From the UHGV virus genome UHGV-0235014: a DNA stretch of 32,379 nt. The stretch is one strand, 5' to 3'. The notes under the pieces are model-generated. The model saw only the letters and a list, made by a program, of their open reading frames with translations. It ran no database searches and was not told the origin of the DNA. This document shows positions 19,839-29,242 of this stretch, piece by piece. The position numbers were made by a program, and so were the translations under genes. Position 1 is the first letter of the stretch; each line of letters opens with the position of its first letter. Source of the stretch: a virus.

Positions 19839-20384
19839 ATGTTGAGTGAAAACGCAAAAGATATTCCTGGATATGAAGGTTTATATGCCGTAACAGAGGA
19901 TGGGCGAGTATATTCTCACTCACGTGTTGTTAAAGCTGCGCATGGCAGCACGCAACTCAGAAAGGGGCGGTGGCTAAAACAACACGAGAATAATAAAGGT
20001 TATCTATATTTGCCACTTAGTGTTGATGGAGTTAAAGTAAAATGGCTTGTGCATAGGCTTGTCGCTCTTGCTTTCGTCCCCAATCCAGAAGGCAAGCCGT
20101 TCATAAATCACATAGATAACAACCGAAAAAATAATAATGCTTCTAATTTAGAGTGGTGTACTCAAAAGGAGAATATGAAGCATTGCTCATCTCAAGGCAG
20201 GGTGAAGTTTCCGGCTTTAAAAGGAGAAAATAATCCAATTTCAAAGCTATCATATGAGCAAGTAATAGAAATAAAGAAATCAAAGGGAGTTAATCAAAGA
20301 GAGCTTGCTAAAAAATACTGTGTCAGTCAGACGGTGATTCACAATATCCAGTCTGGTAAATCGTGGAGGCATGTTAATGGCTGA
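19839..20384 (+). CDS. HNH homing endonuclease (NUMOD4 + HNH_3 + C-terminal HTH)
   Basis: 181 aa; [18 protein letters not shown] (NUMOD4), [22 protein letters not shown] (HNH), C-terminal HTH; AT-rich; inserted between gp10 and gp26. Confidence 0.85.
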   Translation: MLSENAKDIPGYEGLYAVTEDGRVYSHSRVVKAAHGSTQLRKGRWLKQHENNKGYLYLPLSVDGVKVKWLVHRLVALAFVPNPEGKPFINHIDNNRKNNNASNLEWCTQKENMKHCSSQGRVKFPALKGENNPISKLSYEQVIEIKKSKGVNQRELAKKYCVSQTVIHNIQSGKSWRHVNG

Positions 20385-21078
20385 TTCGAATCTCAATGTG
20401 CCGGTAATCATCCAGGCTACACGACTCGATACATCAATCCTTCCACGCAATATATTCAGCCAGTCTTACCTGCTGTATGTCATTAATCAGGGGGCTGATG
20501 TCGGCGCAATTGCCGGGAAGGCAAATCAGGCTGGTCAGGGCGCTTACGATGCCCAGGTAAAAAACGATGAACAGGATGTCGAACTGGCTGATCACGACGC
20601 AAGAATCACCGCAAACACAAAAGCGATAAATCTACTTGAGGTCAGGTTAACAACTGCCGAAGGGAAGATAGTCGTACTGCGTAGCGATGTTGATTACTTG
20701 CTGGATGAGGTTATCGATATTCAGGCGCATCTGGTCACTGTTGACCAAAGACTGGATGAGGTAGAAAACGATGTCTCTGGCATTAAGAGTGATTACGTAT
20801 CGAAAACCGTAACCGAATTGCAGTCTCTTGAGTCACCGCTGGATGTAAAAACATCATATTCAGTTGATGGAATTCAGGTTGTTGGAGCAAGAAATACCGG
20901 ATGGACTGCAGCCACAGGTACACCTCTTCTTGGCTCATTCAACGCTAACCAGTCATACACAGTCGGCACTACGTACACACAATCCGAAGTCGCAGCCCTC
21001 GCTACAGGTTTGCAGCAGGCGCGGCAGCGTATTCTGGCGCTTGAAACGGCACTTAGATTACATGGGCTGATTGACTGA
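20377..21078 (+). CDS. tail needle protein (P22 gp26-like)
   Basis: [68 protein letters not shown]... matches gp26 N-terminal domain and trimeric coiled coil. Confidence 0.8.
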   Translation: MADSNLNVPVIIQATRLDTSILPRNIFSQSYLLYVINQGADVGAIAGKANQAGQGAYDAQVKNDEQDVELADHDARITANTKAINLLEVRLTTAEGKIVVLRSDVDYLLDEVIDIQAHLVTVDQRLDEVENDVSGIKSDYVSKTVTELQSLESPLDVKTSYSVDGIQVVGARNTGWTAATGTPLLGSFNANQSYTVGTTYTQSEVAALATGLQQARQRILALETALRLHGLID

Positions 21079-21533
21079 TGATTACATTCAAACCAACGCG
21101 AAACATCGACCTGATAGAAGCCGTAGGAAATCACCCTGACATTATCGCCGGGAGCAACAACGGTGATGGATACGACTACAAACCTGAATGCCGTTACTTT
21201 GAGGTGAACGTGCACGGGCAGTTCGGCGGAATTGTTTACTATCAGGAGATTCAGCCGCTGACCTTTGATTGCCACGCCATGTACCTGCCAGAGATTCGCG
21301 GCTTCAGCAAGGAAATCGGGCTGGCGTTCTGGCGATACATTCTGACTAACACCACCGTTCAGTGCGTCACATCGTTCGCTGCACGCAAATTCCGCCACGG
21401 GCAGATGTACTGCGCAATGATTGGCCTTAAGCGTGTAGGAACCATCAAGAAATACTTCAAAGGCGTGGATGACGTGACGTTTTACAGCGCCACACGCGAA
21501 GAACTAATCGACTTCCTGAAGCACGGGAGATAG
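21078..21533 (+). CDS. head assembly/ejection-associated protein (P22 gp14-like)
   Basis: 151 aa, synteny after needle gene. Confidence 0.7.
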   Translation: MITFKPTRNIDLIEAVGNHPDIIAGSNNGDGYDYKPECRYFEVNVHGQFGGIVYYQEIQPLTFDCHAMYLPEIRGFSKEIGLAFWRYILTNTTVQCVTSFAARKFRHGQMYCAMIGLKRVGTIKKYFKGVDDVTFYSATREELIDFLKHGR

Positions 21534-21535
21534 CC

Positions 21536-22231
21536 ATGTTATATGCATTTAAGCTGGGCAGAAAACTGCGCGGCGAGGAACCTTATTGCCCTGAAAAAGG
21601 CGGGAAAGGTGGCAGTTCTGATAAAAGCGCAAAGTATGCAGCAGAAGCTCAGAAGTATGCCGCAGACCTGCAAAATCAGCAGTTCAACACCATCATGAAC
21701 AACCTGAAACCGTTTACTCCTCTGGCTGAGAAGTATGTCGGCAGCCTCGAGAACTTATCGTCTCTGGAGGGGCAAGGTCAGGCACTTAACCAGTATTACA
21801 ACTCTCAGCAGTACAAAGATCTTGCTGGTCAGGCTCGCTATCAGAGTCTGGCGGCAGCGGAAGCAACAGGTGGATTGGGTTCCACCGCAACCAGTAATCA
21901 GTTAGCAACAATCGCACCAACGCTTGGTCAGCAATGGCTATCTGGACAAATGAACAATTACAACAACCTGGCAAATATCGGTCTTGGCGCTCTTCAGGGG
22001 CAGGCAAATGCTGGGCAAACATATGCCAACAACATGAGCCAGATTTCACAGCAAAGCGCGGCACTGGCGGCGGCAAACGCTAATAGACCTTCCGGCCTTC
22101 AATCTGCAATAGGCGGGGCTGCCTCTGGAGCAATTGCTGGAGCAAAACTTGGCAGCATTGTTCCTGGTATTGGTACTGGTATTGGTGCCGCTGTTGGTGG
22201 CGGTCTTGGTCTGCTTGGCTCGTTGTTTTAA
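21536..22231 (+). CDS. ejection (E) protein, P22 gp7-like
   Basis: 231 aa, Gly/Ala/Gln-rich, C-terminal glycine-zipper-like hydrophobic tail; synteny. Confidence 0.75.
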   Translation: MLYAFKLGRKLRGEEPYCPEKGGKGGSSDKSAKYAAEAQKYAADLQNQQFNTIMNNLKPFTPLAEKYVGSLENLSSLEGQGQALNQYYNSQQYKDLAGQARYQSLAAAEATGGLGSTATSNQLATIAPTLGQQWLSGQMNNYNNLANIGLGALQGQANAGQTYANNMSQISQQSAALAAANANRPSGLQSAIGGAASGAIAGAKLGSIVPGIGTGIGAAVGGGLGLLGSLF

Positions 22232-22240
22232 GGGGTAATC

Positions 22241-23590
22241 ATGGCTACGTGGCAACAGGGTATTAATTCTGGTGGTTTTCTGGCTGGCATCGGTACGCAA
22301 AATGAGAATGCGCCAAAGGCAAGCGACATTAACGCAACGCTTGGTCTGATCCGCGAAAACAATGAATTGGCTCGATCAGGTGCAAATAACGTTGGTCTGA
22401 CCGCGTTACGTGGTCTGGCTGGAGTTGCTGATATTTACAATCAGGAACAGCAACAGAAAGCGATTAGTGCGTTCAATAAGGTTCACGCTGATGCATGGGC
22501 TTCTGGTGATCCATCGGGACTATTTAAGTTTGCCAAGGAAAATCCAGCGTTTGTTGCGCAGGCACAACAGGCGTTTTCCGGTCTTAATGAGCAGCAACGC
22601 AACGATATGGGCGATTTAGCCATGAGGGCTAACGTCGCTCTTTCTCAGGGACCGGAAGCCTACAGTAAATTCATTACTGACAACAAGGACAGGTTAAATC
22701 GCGTGGGGGCGAATGCTGACTGGATGATTCAGACAGGTATCCAGAATCCAGAGCAGCTATCACACATGTTGACTACTATGTCTCTCGGTGCGCTTGGACC
22801 AGAAAAGGCGTTTGCTGTTCAGGACAAGATGGTTGGTCGCCAGCAGGAGCAGCAAAGAATTAACGAAACCATTCGCAATAATGACATGACGAATGCGAGG
22901 GCTATTAGGGGGCAGGATCTTTCCTATAAGGCTCAAATGGCAAGACTGAATCACGACAAGTATGTGTTTAAGCAGTCACAGGCGGCCCTTGAAAGAGCAG
23001 GACAACTTCAGGATATGGATGTTTTGTCTCTTAACTCACAGATAGCAGCGACGGGAATTGATCCGCTAACCGGTAAAGCTGCAACGTCAGCCAGAATGTC
23101 TCAGGCTAAGAGATGGCTTGATGGCAACAATAATTACAACAATGCGTTGATTACTGGTGAGCGAGGGATAGAGAAAATAGATTCTTTGCTTGGTAAGAAG
23201 GAGCTTGAAGGTATCGGTCGCTTCGAAGGAAGAAATATAGATGGCTTCACAAGTGCTGAAGGGCTTGCAAACCGTAATGCGATAGAAGAATTAAAGTCGG
23301 GTGCGTTTGTCCAGAACGTGCAGACTATGCGAGGTATGGGTAGCCTCTCCAATGCTGAAGGACAAAAACTGGAAAACCTTATCGCGAAACTCGATATAAC
23401 ACAGCCTGAAGAGGTCGTCAGAAAACAGTTATCTGAAATCCGATCGCAATATTCTGTATTTCAAAAGGTTGCAGCAAGGGAGGCTGAATCAATGGGATAT
23501 AGTTCATCAGGTTATGACACATATGTTAGTGAGCGAAAATCAGGAAGCGACAGCAATAAGTCCGGTTTCTCGTCTTTATGGGGTGATTAA
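22241..23590 (+). CDS. ejection (E) protein, P22 gp20-like
   Basis: 449 aa; synteny. Confidence 0.75.
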   Translation: MATWQQGINSGGFLAGIGTQNENAPKASDINATLGLIRENNELARSGANNVGLTALRGLAGVADIYNQEQQQKAISAFNKVHADAWASGDPSGLFKFAKENPAFVAQAQQAFSGLNEQQRNDMGDLAMRANVALSQGPEAYSKFITDNKDRLNRVGANADWMIQTGIQNPEQLSHMLTTMSLGALGPEKAFAVQDKMVGRQQEQQRINETIRNNDMTNARAIRGQDLSYKAQMARLNHDKYVFKQSQAALERAGQLQDMDVLSLNSQIAATGIDPLTGKAATSARMSQAKRWLDGNNNYNNALITGERGIEKIDSLLGKKELEGIGRFEGRNIDGFTSAEGLANRNAIEELKSGAFVQNVQTMRGMGSLSNAEGQKLENLIAKLDITQPEEVVRKQLSEIRSQYSVFQKVAAREAESMGYSSSGYDTYVSERKSGSDSNKSGFSSLWGD

Positions 23591-25464
23591 TGGCTAAAGC
23601 ATGGAAAGATGTTATCGCTTCTCCACAGTATCAGGCGTTAACTGAAGAACAGAAAGCACAGGCTCAAGCGCAATATTTTGATGAGGTTGTTGCCCCTAAG
23701 GCTGGTGACAAATGGGCTGAAGCAAGAGATCAGTTTTATGCAGCATACCCTCCACCTCAGCAGCAGAAAGAAGAACCATCATTGATGCAACAAGCTGGTG
23801 ATTGGCTCACAGGTGGTCAAAGTGCAGGGCAAATTGCAGAACAGGCTGGTCGTGGTCTGGTAAACATACCATTTGACGTATTGCAGGGTGGCGCAAGTCT
23901 GATTAATGCAATCAGTCAGGGGCTTGGTGGACCCAAGGTTTTGGATGATGTTTATCGTCCAGTAGACAGACCGACAGACCCATACGCACAAGCCGGTGAA
24001 ACAATTGGTGGGTATTTAGTTCCAGGAGTTGGAACGGCAGGAAGCATGGCTATTGGATCACTGGCAGAGGCCGCAAATCAGAAAGGCGATTTCGCACAAA
24101 ATGCAGCTAAAAATGCCGGAGTTAACCTTGCCGCTCAGGGTGTTCTTTCCGCAGCAGCAAAGGGAATAGGGCGTGGAATAACGGCTATAAAAGGTGATAT
24201 TGCGCCAGAAGTGGCGAAGAAAATTGCCACATCAGAATCGATGGGCGTGACACCAATGACATCTGATGTTATCCCGCCGAAAAATGCTTTCACTCGCGGC
24301 CTTACTCAGGATGCCGAGGGGGCTTTGCTCGGGACAGGCTCAAAGCGAGCGGAGCAATATGCAACGCGTAGTAAGCTGGTAAGCAATTATTTTGACCGTT
24401 TTGGTGAGTACAACCCTGATGATGTGGTGAAATCTCTGACCACCACGTTAAGGGGGCGGAAGGATGCTGCTGGCGCTGTTATCAATGACGTCACCAATAA
24501 AATGGGTAATGCCGCAGTTGATACCACAAATACCATGAATGCTCTGAATACAGCGATCGCAAGACAGGAACGGCTTGGGACTTCAGCCAATCAAAGCCTG
24601 CTTACATCCTTGCGTAACCTACGTGAAGAATTAGCAAACCCTGCAACTGATTTGGATGTTACGTTTGATCTCTTGCGTCAGCACAGAACAGCATTTAGAT
24701 CTAATGTTCAGGGAGATGCTATGGTCTTCCCCAACCAGGCAAAAGCAGCTACCAATATGGTAGAGAATGCAATGTCAAAAGACCTTCGTAACGCAGTTGC
24801 TAAAAACCTCGGTGCATCAGACGCAGCAAAATACCTTAAAGCAAATTCCGATTATGCAAACGTTTATAATAAGGTGCTTAATAAAAACATTGCCAACAAG
24901 CTCAACAAGGCAAGCAGTGAAGCCAGTCCTGAACTTATAAATACCGTTGTATTAAGCAGAAAACCATCTGACGTGAAACGAATCTGGAGCGCACTGGATG
25001 ATAAAGGGAAAGATGCTATGCGTGCAGCTTACGTCAGCAAAATAGCGGAAAAGGCCGGTGACTCTCCAGCCAAGTTCATCACTGAAGTTAATAAGCTGAA
25101 ATCTCAGTCAGGAGGTGAAATTTACAACACTATTTTTTCTGGAAAGCACATGAAAGAACTTGATGCTCTTAATGAAGTTCTACAGCAAACAGCAAGGTCA
25201 GACACCGCAAATGTAGTAACTCAGACGGGGCAATCGCAAGCCAACAGGATAAGGACGATTGGCGCAACTGCGACTCTTGGCGTATCAATGGGGCTTGAGG
25301 CTGGTTTCGGTGCAATGATGCGCTTGTATGAGTCCAAAGCAGCAAGGAATGCGCTCTTACGTCTGGCAAACACTAAAGCTGGAACGCCAGCCTATGAAAG
25401 AGCGCTGAATAACGCCGCAAATGCCATCAGACCAATACTTGCCAATGATGCAACTGATCGCTAA
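23590..25464 (+). CDS. ejection (E) protein, P22 gp16-like
   Basis: 624 aa; synteny; last gene of structural operon before strand switch. Confidence 0.75.
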   Translation: MAKAWKDVIASPQYQALTEEQKAQAQAQYFDEVVAPKAGDKWAEARDQFYAAYPPPQQQKEEPSLMQQAGDWLTGGQSAGQIAEQAGRGLVNIPFDVLQGGASLINAISQGLGGPKVLDDVYRPVDRPTDPYAQAGETIGGYLVPGVGTAGSMAIGSLAEAANQKGDFAQNAAKNAGVNLAAQGVLSAAAKGIGRGITAIKGDIAPEVAKKIATSESMGVTPMTSDVIPPKNAFTRGLTQDAEGALLGTGSKRAEQYATRSKLVSNYFDRFGEYNPDDVVKSLTTTLRGRKDAAGAVINDVTNKMGNAAVDTTNTMNALNTAIARQERLGTSANQSLLTSLRNLREELANPATDLDVTFDLLRQHRTAFRSNVQGDAMVFPNQAKAATNMVENAMSKDLRNAVAKNLGASDAAKYLKANSDYANVYNKVLNKNIANKLNKASSEASPELINTVVLSRKPSDVKRIWSALDDKGKDAMRAAYVSKIAEKAGDSPAKFITEVNKLKSQSGGEIYNTIFSGKHMKELDALNEVLQQTARSDTANVVTQTGQSQANRIRTIGATATLGVSMGLEAGFGAMMRLYESKAARNALLRLANTKAGTPAYERALNNAANAIRPILANDATDR

Positions 25465-25485
25465 GGGTTGATGTCATGGATGTTG

Positions 25486-26124
25486 TTAATTGCGAATGGA
25501 ATCGCGGAACTCTTTGCTTGATAGAAAAGGATCTGTTCTCCTTAACTCATCATAGTTTTTATTAAACTTTCTTGCTTCACCTGGGTATCTGTTGAACAAA
25601 ACATTGCAGAAAAAAGAGAGCAATAACTCACATATGAATGCTAATACCCTGAAAAATAAAGGTATAAAAAGAAGGGAAGGTTCATTGAAGTCTCTATTCC
25701 AAACAAAATAGACAATCATCCCGACATACCAAATTGATATCCCTATACTGATGATTGTTCCAACAGAGGTAACTACGATCCCGATTAAGTCGGACAGTCT
25801 GTTTGCCAGTAACTCATTTGAGTATCTTGCAATCATATACCGCCAACATTTTGCAATATCATCCTGATCTGTAGAGTCTTCTGGAATAGCTAGGCTTCTA
25901 CATATTGAAGTAGCTCTTTTTTTCTCAACTCTTTTTGAGATCCATCCATTAAAGAGATACATCAACACCTGCGTTGCTATTCCTGCACCAAGTGATATCA
26001 AAGACATCCCCAAAAATCTCCATCCTGGAGATAGTGACTGGTACTGCCAAACAAAAAAAATTAAAAAACCCAATGAGCCTATGACATAGGCTGATGTATC
26101 GCTATATATATCTATTTTTTTCAT
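25486..26124 (-). CDS. polytopic inner-membrane protein; candidate superinfection exclusion (SieA-position) protein
   Basis: Minus strand, ATG 26124 with AAGGAG SD; ~5 predicted TM segments; very AT-rich; downstream of and co-oriented with a repressor gene, between gp16 and the ant module where P22 carries sieA. Confidence 0.7.
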   Translation of the reverse strand: MKKIDIYSDTSAYVIGSLGFLIFFVWQYQSLSPGWRFLGMSLISLGAGIATQVLMYLFNGWISKRVEKKRATSICRSLAIPEDSTDQDDIAKCWRYMIARYSNELLANRLSDLIGIVVTSVGTIISIGISIWYVGMIVYFVWNRDFNEPSLLFIPLFFRVLAFICELLLSFFCNVLFNRYPGEARKFNKNYDELRRTDPFLSSKEFRDSIRN

Positions 26125-26188
26125 TGAGTAGCCACTCCTTAGTTTTGAGCAGAACACCGGATGATAATGTGTCGCTTCCTAAAGGATA

Positions 26189-26830
26189 TCAAAGCAACGG
26201 GATTTCAAGGTAAACTGCGGTTGCCAAAATACTAACATCTTCATTTCTAACAAGAATATTAGGATACATTGGGTTTAGGGATACTAAGTTTGTCTCTATT
26301 TCACCAATGTAAACCTGCTTGAAGCTCAATATTTGCTCTTTATCCAATGATGCTATTACATAATCTTTGCTTTTAGCTTTTACTAGAGGGCTGAACGTGA
26401 CAACTGATCCTCTGGGAAAGCTAATACCTGAACTTGTAGTCATAGCTTCACCTTCAATAGTCAATGCAAATGCAGAGTCACCAACATTGTATATTGCCGG
26501 ATGAAATCTAGACGATGAATGTTCACCTGTGTTTAGGTAATGCATAACTTCATCTAGTTTGAGGATTGGTATTTGCTTTACCAGAACGTCAGGCATGACG
26601 TTTTTTGTTCCAGGCCCCTGACCTTCACCCAGAGCTAACCACTCAGCCGTAGTGCCTAATGCGTTGGCTAATGCCTGCAATACACGAAGCCGTGGTTTAG
26701 CCTCACCACCCTCGTATGCAGCTATTTGACGTTGAACAACACCAGCTAATTTTGACAACTGCGCCTGCGTCATACCCCTGGACTGTCTTGCCAGAGATAC
26801 TCTTGATGGGAATTGATCGTCAAAATTCAT
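26189..26830 (-). CDS. CI/LexA-like repressor (HTH_XRE + S24-like domain with nucleophile Ser replaced by Ala)
   Basis: 213 aa; HTH MTQAQLSKLAGVVQRQIAAYEGG; C-domain aligns to 434/lambda cI but has GEAM in place of GDSM; Lys of FKQV retained. Confidence 0.8.
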   Translation of the reverse strand: MNFDDQFPSRVSLARQSRGMTQAQLSKLAGVVQRQIAAYEGGEAKPRLRVLQALANALGTTAEWLALGEGQGPGTKNVMPDVLVKQIPILKLDEVMHYLNTGEHSSSRFHPAIYNVGDSAFALTIEGEAMTTSSGISFPRGSVVTFSPLVKAKSKDYVIASLDKEQILSFKQVYIGEIETNLVSLNPMYPNILVRNEDVSILATAVYLEIPLL

Positions 26831-26861
26831 TAGTTCACCATAAAAAATTCATTGACTCATA

Positions 26862-26890
26862 CTGAGTGTGAGTGAATAATCAAACTACAA
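26862..26890 (+). promoter_or_regulatory. candidate promoter for arc-like/ant operon in divergent intergenic region
   Basis: TTGACT (26862..26867) - 17 nt - AATAAT; between divergent repressor and RHH genes; operator not resolved. Confidence 0.4.
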
Positions 26891-26929
26891 AAAGTGAGAT
26901 TATGAGTTTTTCAAAAACAGGAGTGCATA

Positions 26930-27103
26930 ATGACTGAAAAGATATCTTCCATCAAGCCGCGTCAGGTTCGTTTTACAGAAAAGGTTGATTCACATATCCG
27001 CGAATCAGCAAAAAGATGCCATAGGTCAATTCAGGCAGAGATAGCTTATCGAATGGAGTTATTGATGAAACTTGAGGCAAAGGGCGATGTTGTCATCCAA
27101 TAA
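26930..27103 (+). CDS. Arc-like ribbon-helix-helix protein (57 aa)
   Basis: ATG 26930 with CAGGAG SD; basic beta-strand PRQVRFTEKV then two helices typical of RHH; directly precedes antirepressor; short, not in ORF track. Confidence 0.6.
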   Translation: MTEKISSIKPRQVRFTEKVDSHIRESAKRCHRSIQAEIAYRMELLMKLEAKGDVVIQ

Positions 27104-27176
27104 AAATAGTGAAGCCCGGCAGTGCGCGAACACAAACCGGGCCTCTATGTCAGTAACCGTATGCAAGGAAACTAAC

Positions 27177-27803
27177 ATGAATATTGTAGCAAAATCAGAT
27201 TACAACTTCCACGGAGTTGAGTTGGTGCCCACCCGTGATATGCATGGTGTTTGGTTTACATCATCTAATATTGCATCTGCACTTAAATATGCAAATAGCC
27301 GTGCAGTAACAATGATTTATAACAAGTATAGCGATGAGTTTAGCGCCGGAATGACTCAGGTACTCGAAGTGAGTACCTCAGGAAATTATCGCAAAAAAGT
27401 GCGAGTTTTCTCACTACGCGGTGCCCACCTAATCGCGATGTTTGCTCGCACTCCGGTAGCCAAAGAGTTCCGCCGCTGGGTGCTGGATATTTTGGATCGG
27501 CAGGCAGAATGCTCACCGATTGCAAAACAGTTTACTGACGAAGAACTGGTTAATCTCTGCTACTTACAATTGTGGATGGAGAAGAGTCAACAAATGTGCA
27601 AACACATCTACCCAGGAATGAAGCAAATTGGTTCTGAGCTTTCAGGAAGAATTTACGATATTGCATATGAGACTCGCTATATGTCAGAAGAAACCAAGAA
27701 ATCACTTCTTCGTGAAATGAAGAATCTTGATACCAACAATTTTGTCGTAAAGAACGCTCAGCCAATGCTGACAAAACTGCGCGGCGAGGAATGGATTCAT
27801 TGA
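27177..27803 (+). CDS. antirepressor-like protein with N-terminal Bro-N domain
   Basis: 208 aa from ATG 27177 (AAGGA SD); YNFHGVELVPTRDMHGVWFTSSNIASALKY fits Bro-N pattern. Confidence 0.75.
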   Translation: MNIVAKSDYNFHGVELVPTRDMHGVWFTSSNIASALKYANSRAVTMIYNKYSDEFSAGMTQVLEVSTSGNYRKKVRVFSLRGAHLIAMFARTPVAKEFRRWVLDILDRQAECSPIAKQFTDEELVNLCYLQLWMEKSQQMCKHIYPGMKQIGSELSGRIYDIAYETRYMSEETKKSLLREMKNLDTNNFVVKNAQPMLTKLRGEEWIH

Positions 27804-27891
27804 TTGGTGCGCCGGACGGCGCAAAAAGAAAACCGCCAGTGTGCTGCTGGCGGCCTATGTCACACCCTTACTACCACATAAGGAATGCCTA

Positions 27892-28617
27892 ATGACTTTG
27901 AAGAATGTAGCAAACATCGGATCCGTTGTCACGGATAAAACCATTGACAGCCAAAGTCTTCTGATGATGGTTAATGAAGCTCGCAAGTTATGTGGAGAGC
28001 CATCAGTACGTAACAACAAATTCATCGAGAAAATTGAGGATGAATTGGAGGGCGAGACCTACACAAAAAGTGTAGGTCGGAAAAACGGGGCTGACATTGA
28101 TGTTATCTCCATGACTATCAAGCAGGCGCTTCGTGTTGCTGCTCGCGAATCTAAAGCAGTTCGCCGAACACTTGTAGACAAACTTGAAAGTATGCAAGAA
28201 GCGCACATTAAAAGCGGTAAATCGTCGAGTGGACTTGTTGAGTATCGCCAGGCACGAACATTGAAAATGACGGTTGAAGCTGTTACCAATCTGTTAGATT
28301 TGATGCCAAATCTTGCGCCGGAAGCAAAGCAGACTGCGGCAGCAAGCATAATCAACCCGATAGTTGGTTTTAATGCAATACCTCTTCCAGCAATAGAAGA
28401 GCATTACTACTCAGCAGGGGAGGTTGCAGAGCAGCTTGGAGTAACGGCAAACAAGATTGGTCGCATTGCTAACGCAAACAACCTCAAAACTGAGCAGTAC
28501 GGGAAGTTCTTCTTGGATAAATCTGCGCATTCAAGCAAACAGGTGGAAGCATTCCGCTACAATGCGGAGGGTGTTAAAGCACTACAACACCTGATTCATG
28601 GGAGCAATGTTGCATAA
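27892..28617 (+). CDS. hypothetical protein in ant operon (possible antirepressor/regulatory protein)
   Basis: 241 aa from ATG 27892 (AAGGA SD); not confidently recognised. Confidence 0.6.
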   Translation: MTLKNVANIGSVVTDKTIDSQSLLMMVNEARKLCGEPSVRNNKFIEKIEDELEGETYTKSVGRKNGADIDVISMTIKQALRVAARESKAVRRTLVDKLESMQEAHIKSGKSSSGLVEYRQARTLKMTVEAVTNLLDLMPNLAPEAKQTAAASIINPIVGFNAIPLPAIEEHYYSAGEVAEQLGVTANKIGRIANANNLKTEQYGKFFLDKSAHSSKQVEAFRYNAEGVKALQHLIHGSNVA

Positions 28618-28838
28618 TGGCAAAGAAAAGATATGGCATTATGCCGCCAAGAATCAAAGGAAGAGCCAGGGTAAAAGGAGATGCTGGAAGGTATCACATT
28701 CTTGGAGTTCTGTGGCATGAGAGAGCTTTAATTTTAAGTAGACCTCATGGGTACATTGAAAAGGTATCTATAGATAGAGTAGAGATTCTTCCCCTTACAC
28801 CTGAAGAAGAAGAAACGTACGGACTTTTTGATAACTAA
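28617..28838 (+). CDS. small hypothetical protein (73 aa)
   Basis: TAATG overlap with preceding gene; followed by strong terminator. Confidence 0.5.
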   Translation: MAKKRYGIMPPRIKGRARVKGDAGRYHILGVLWHERALILSRPHGYIEKVSIDRVEILPLTPEEEETYGLFDN

Positions 28839-28845
28839 CCAACTA

Positions 28846-28875
28846 AACCCGCTTAATTGCGGGTTTTTTCTTTTC
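28846..28875 (+). terminator. intrinsic terminator ending the ant operon
   Basis: AACCCGC-TTAATT-GCGGGTT followed by TTTTTTCTTTT; stop codon of the convergent mnt-like gene lies in the loop. Confidence 0.75.
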
Positions 28876-29110
28876 TAAGGATATCAGCCACAACTTCTTT
28901 TACTCGTTCCGAGATTAATGAGGCCAGCCTCTCTTCTTCATCACGATACCCGCTTACAGGTGATGGTTTGGAGAGTGATTCTTCCATCGTAGCCACAATT
29001 TCGGAATTGATAGACCTGTTATTCATTTTTGCACGTTGCTTAATCTTAGCGTGCAACTCGTGCGTAAGCCTCAAGTGGAACTGCGCCTCATCGTATTTGC
29101 TGTACATCAT
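28853..29110 (-). CDS. mnt: Mnt-like ribbon-helix-helix repressor
   Basis: 85 aa from ATG 29110 (GGTGAGG SD); ...NRSINSEIVATMEESLSKPSPVSGYRDEEERLA... closely parallels P22 Mnt (..NGRSMNSELLQIVQDALSKPSPVTGYRNDAERLA..). Confidence 0.7.
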   Translation of the reverse strand: MMYSKYDEAQFHLRLTHELHAKIKQRAKMNNRSINSEIVATMEESLSKPSPVSGYRDEEERLASLISERVKEVVADILRKEKTRN

Positions 29111-29242
29111 CAATGCCTCACCAAATGGGTGGAATGGCATCGTAAAACCTACTGTACAAATCAACAATCGTACCATTTCGGTATGCAACAAACACCAACC
29201 GTAGCCACGCTGCGGCGATTCCTTGTATCTGGAGCAAATTAA

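Noticed and set aside
20864-22300. ORFs 20874..21398(-), 21786..22076(-), 22046..22300(-) and 20864..21070(+)
   Set aside because: Antisense or alternative-frame within gp26/gp14/gp7; no RBS.
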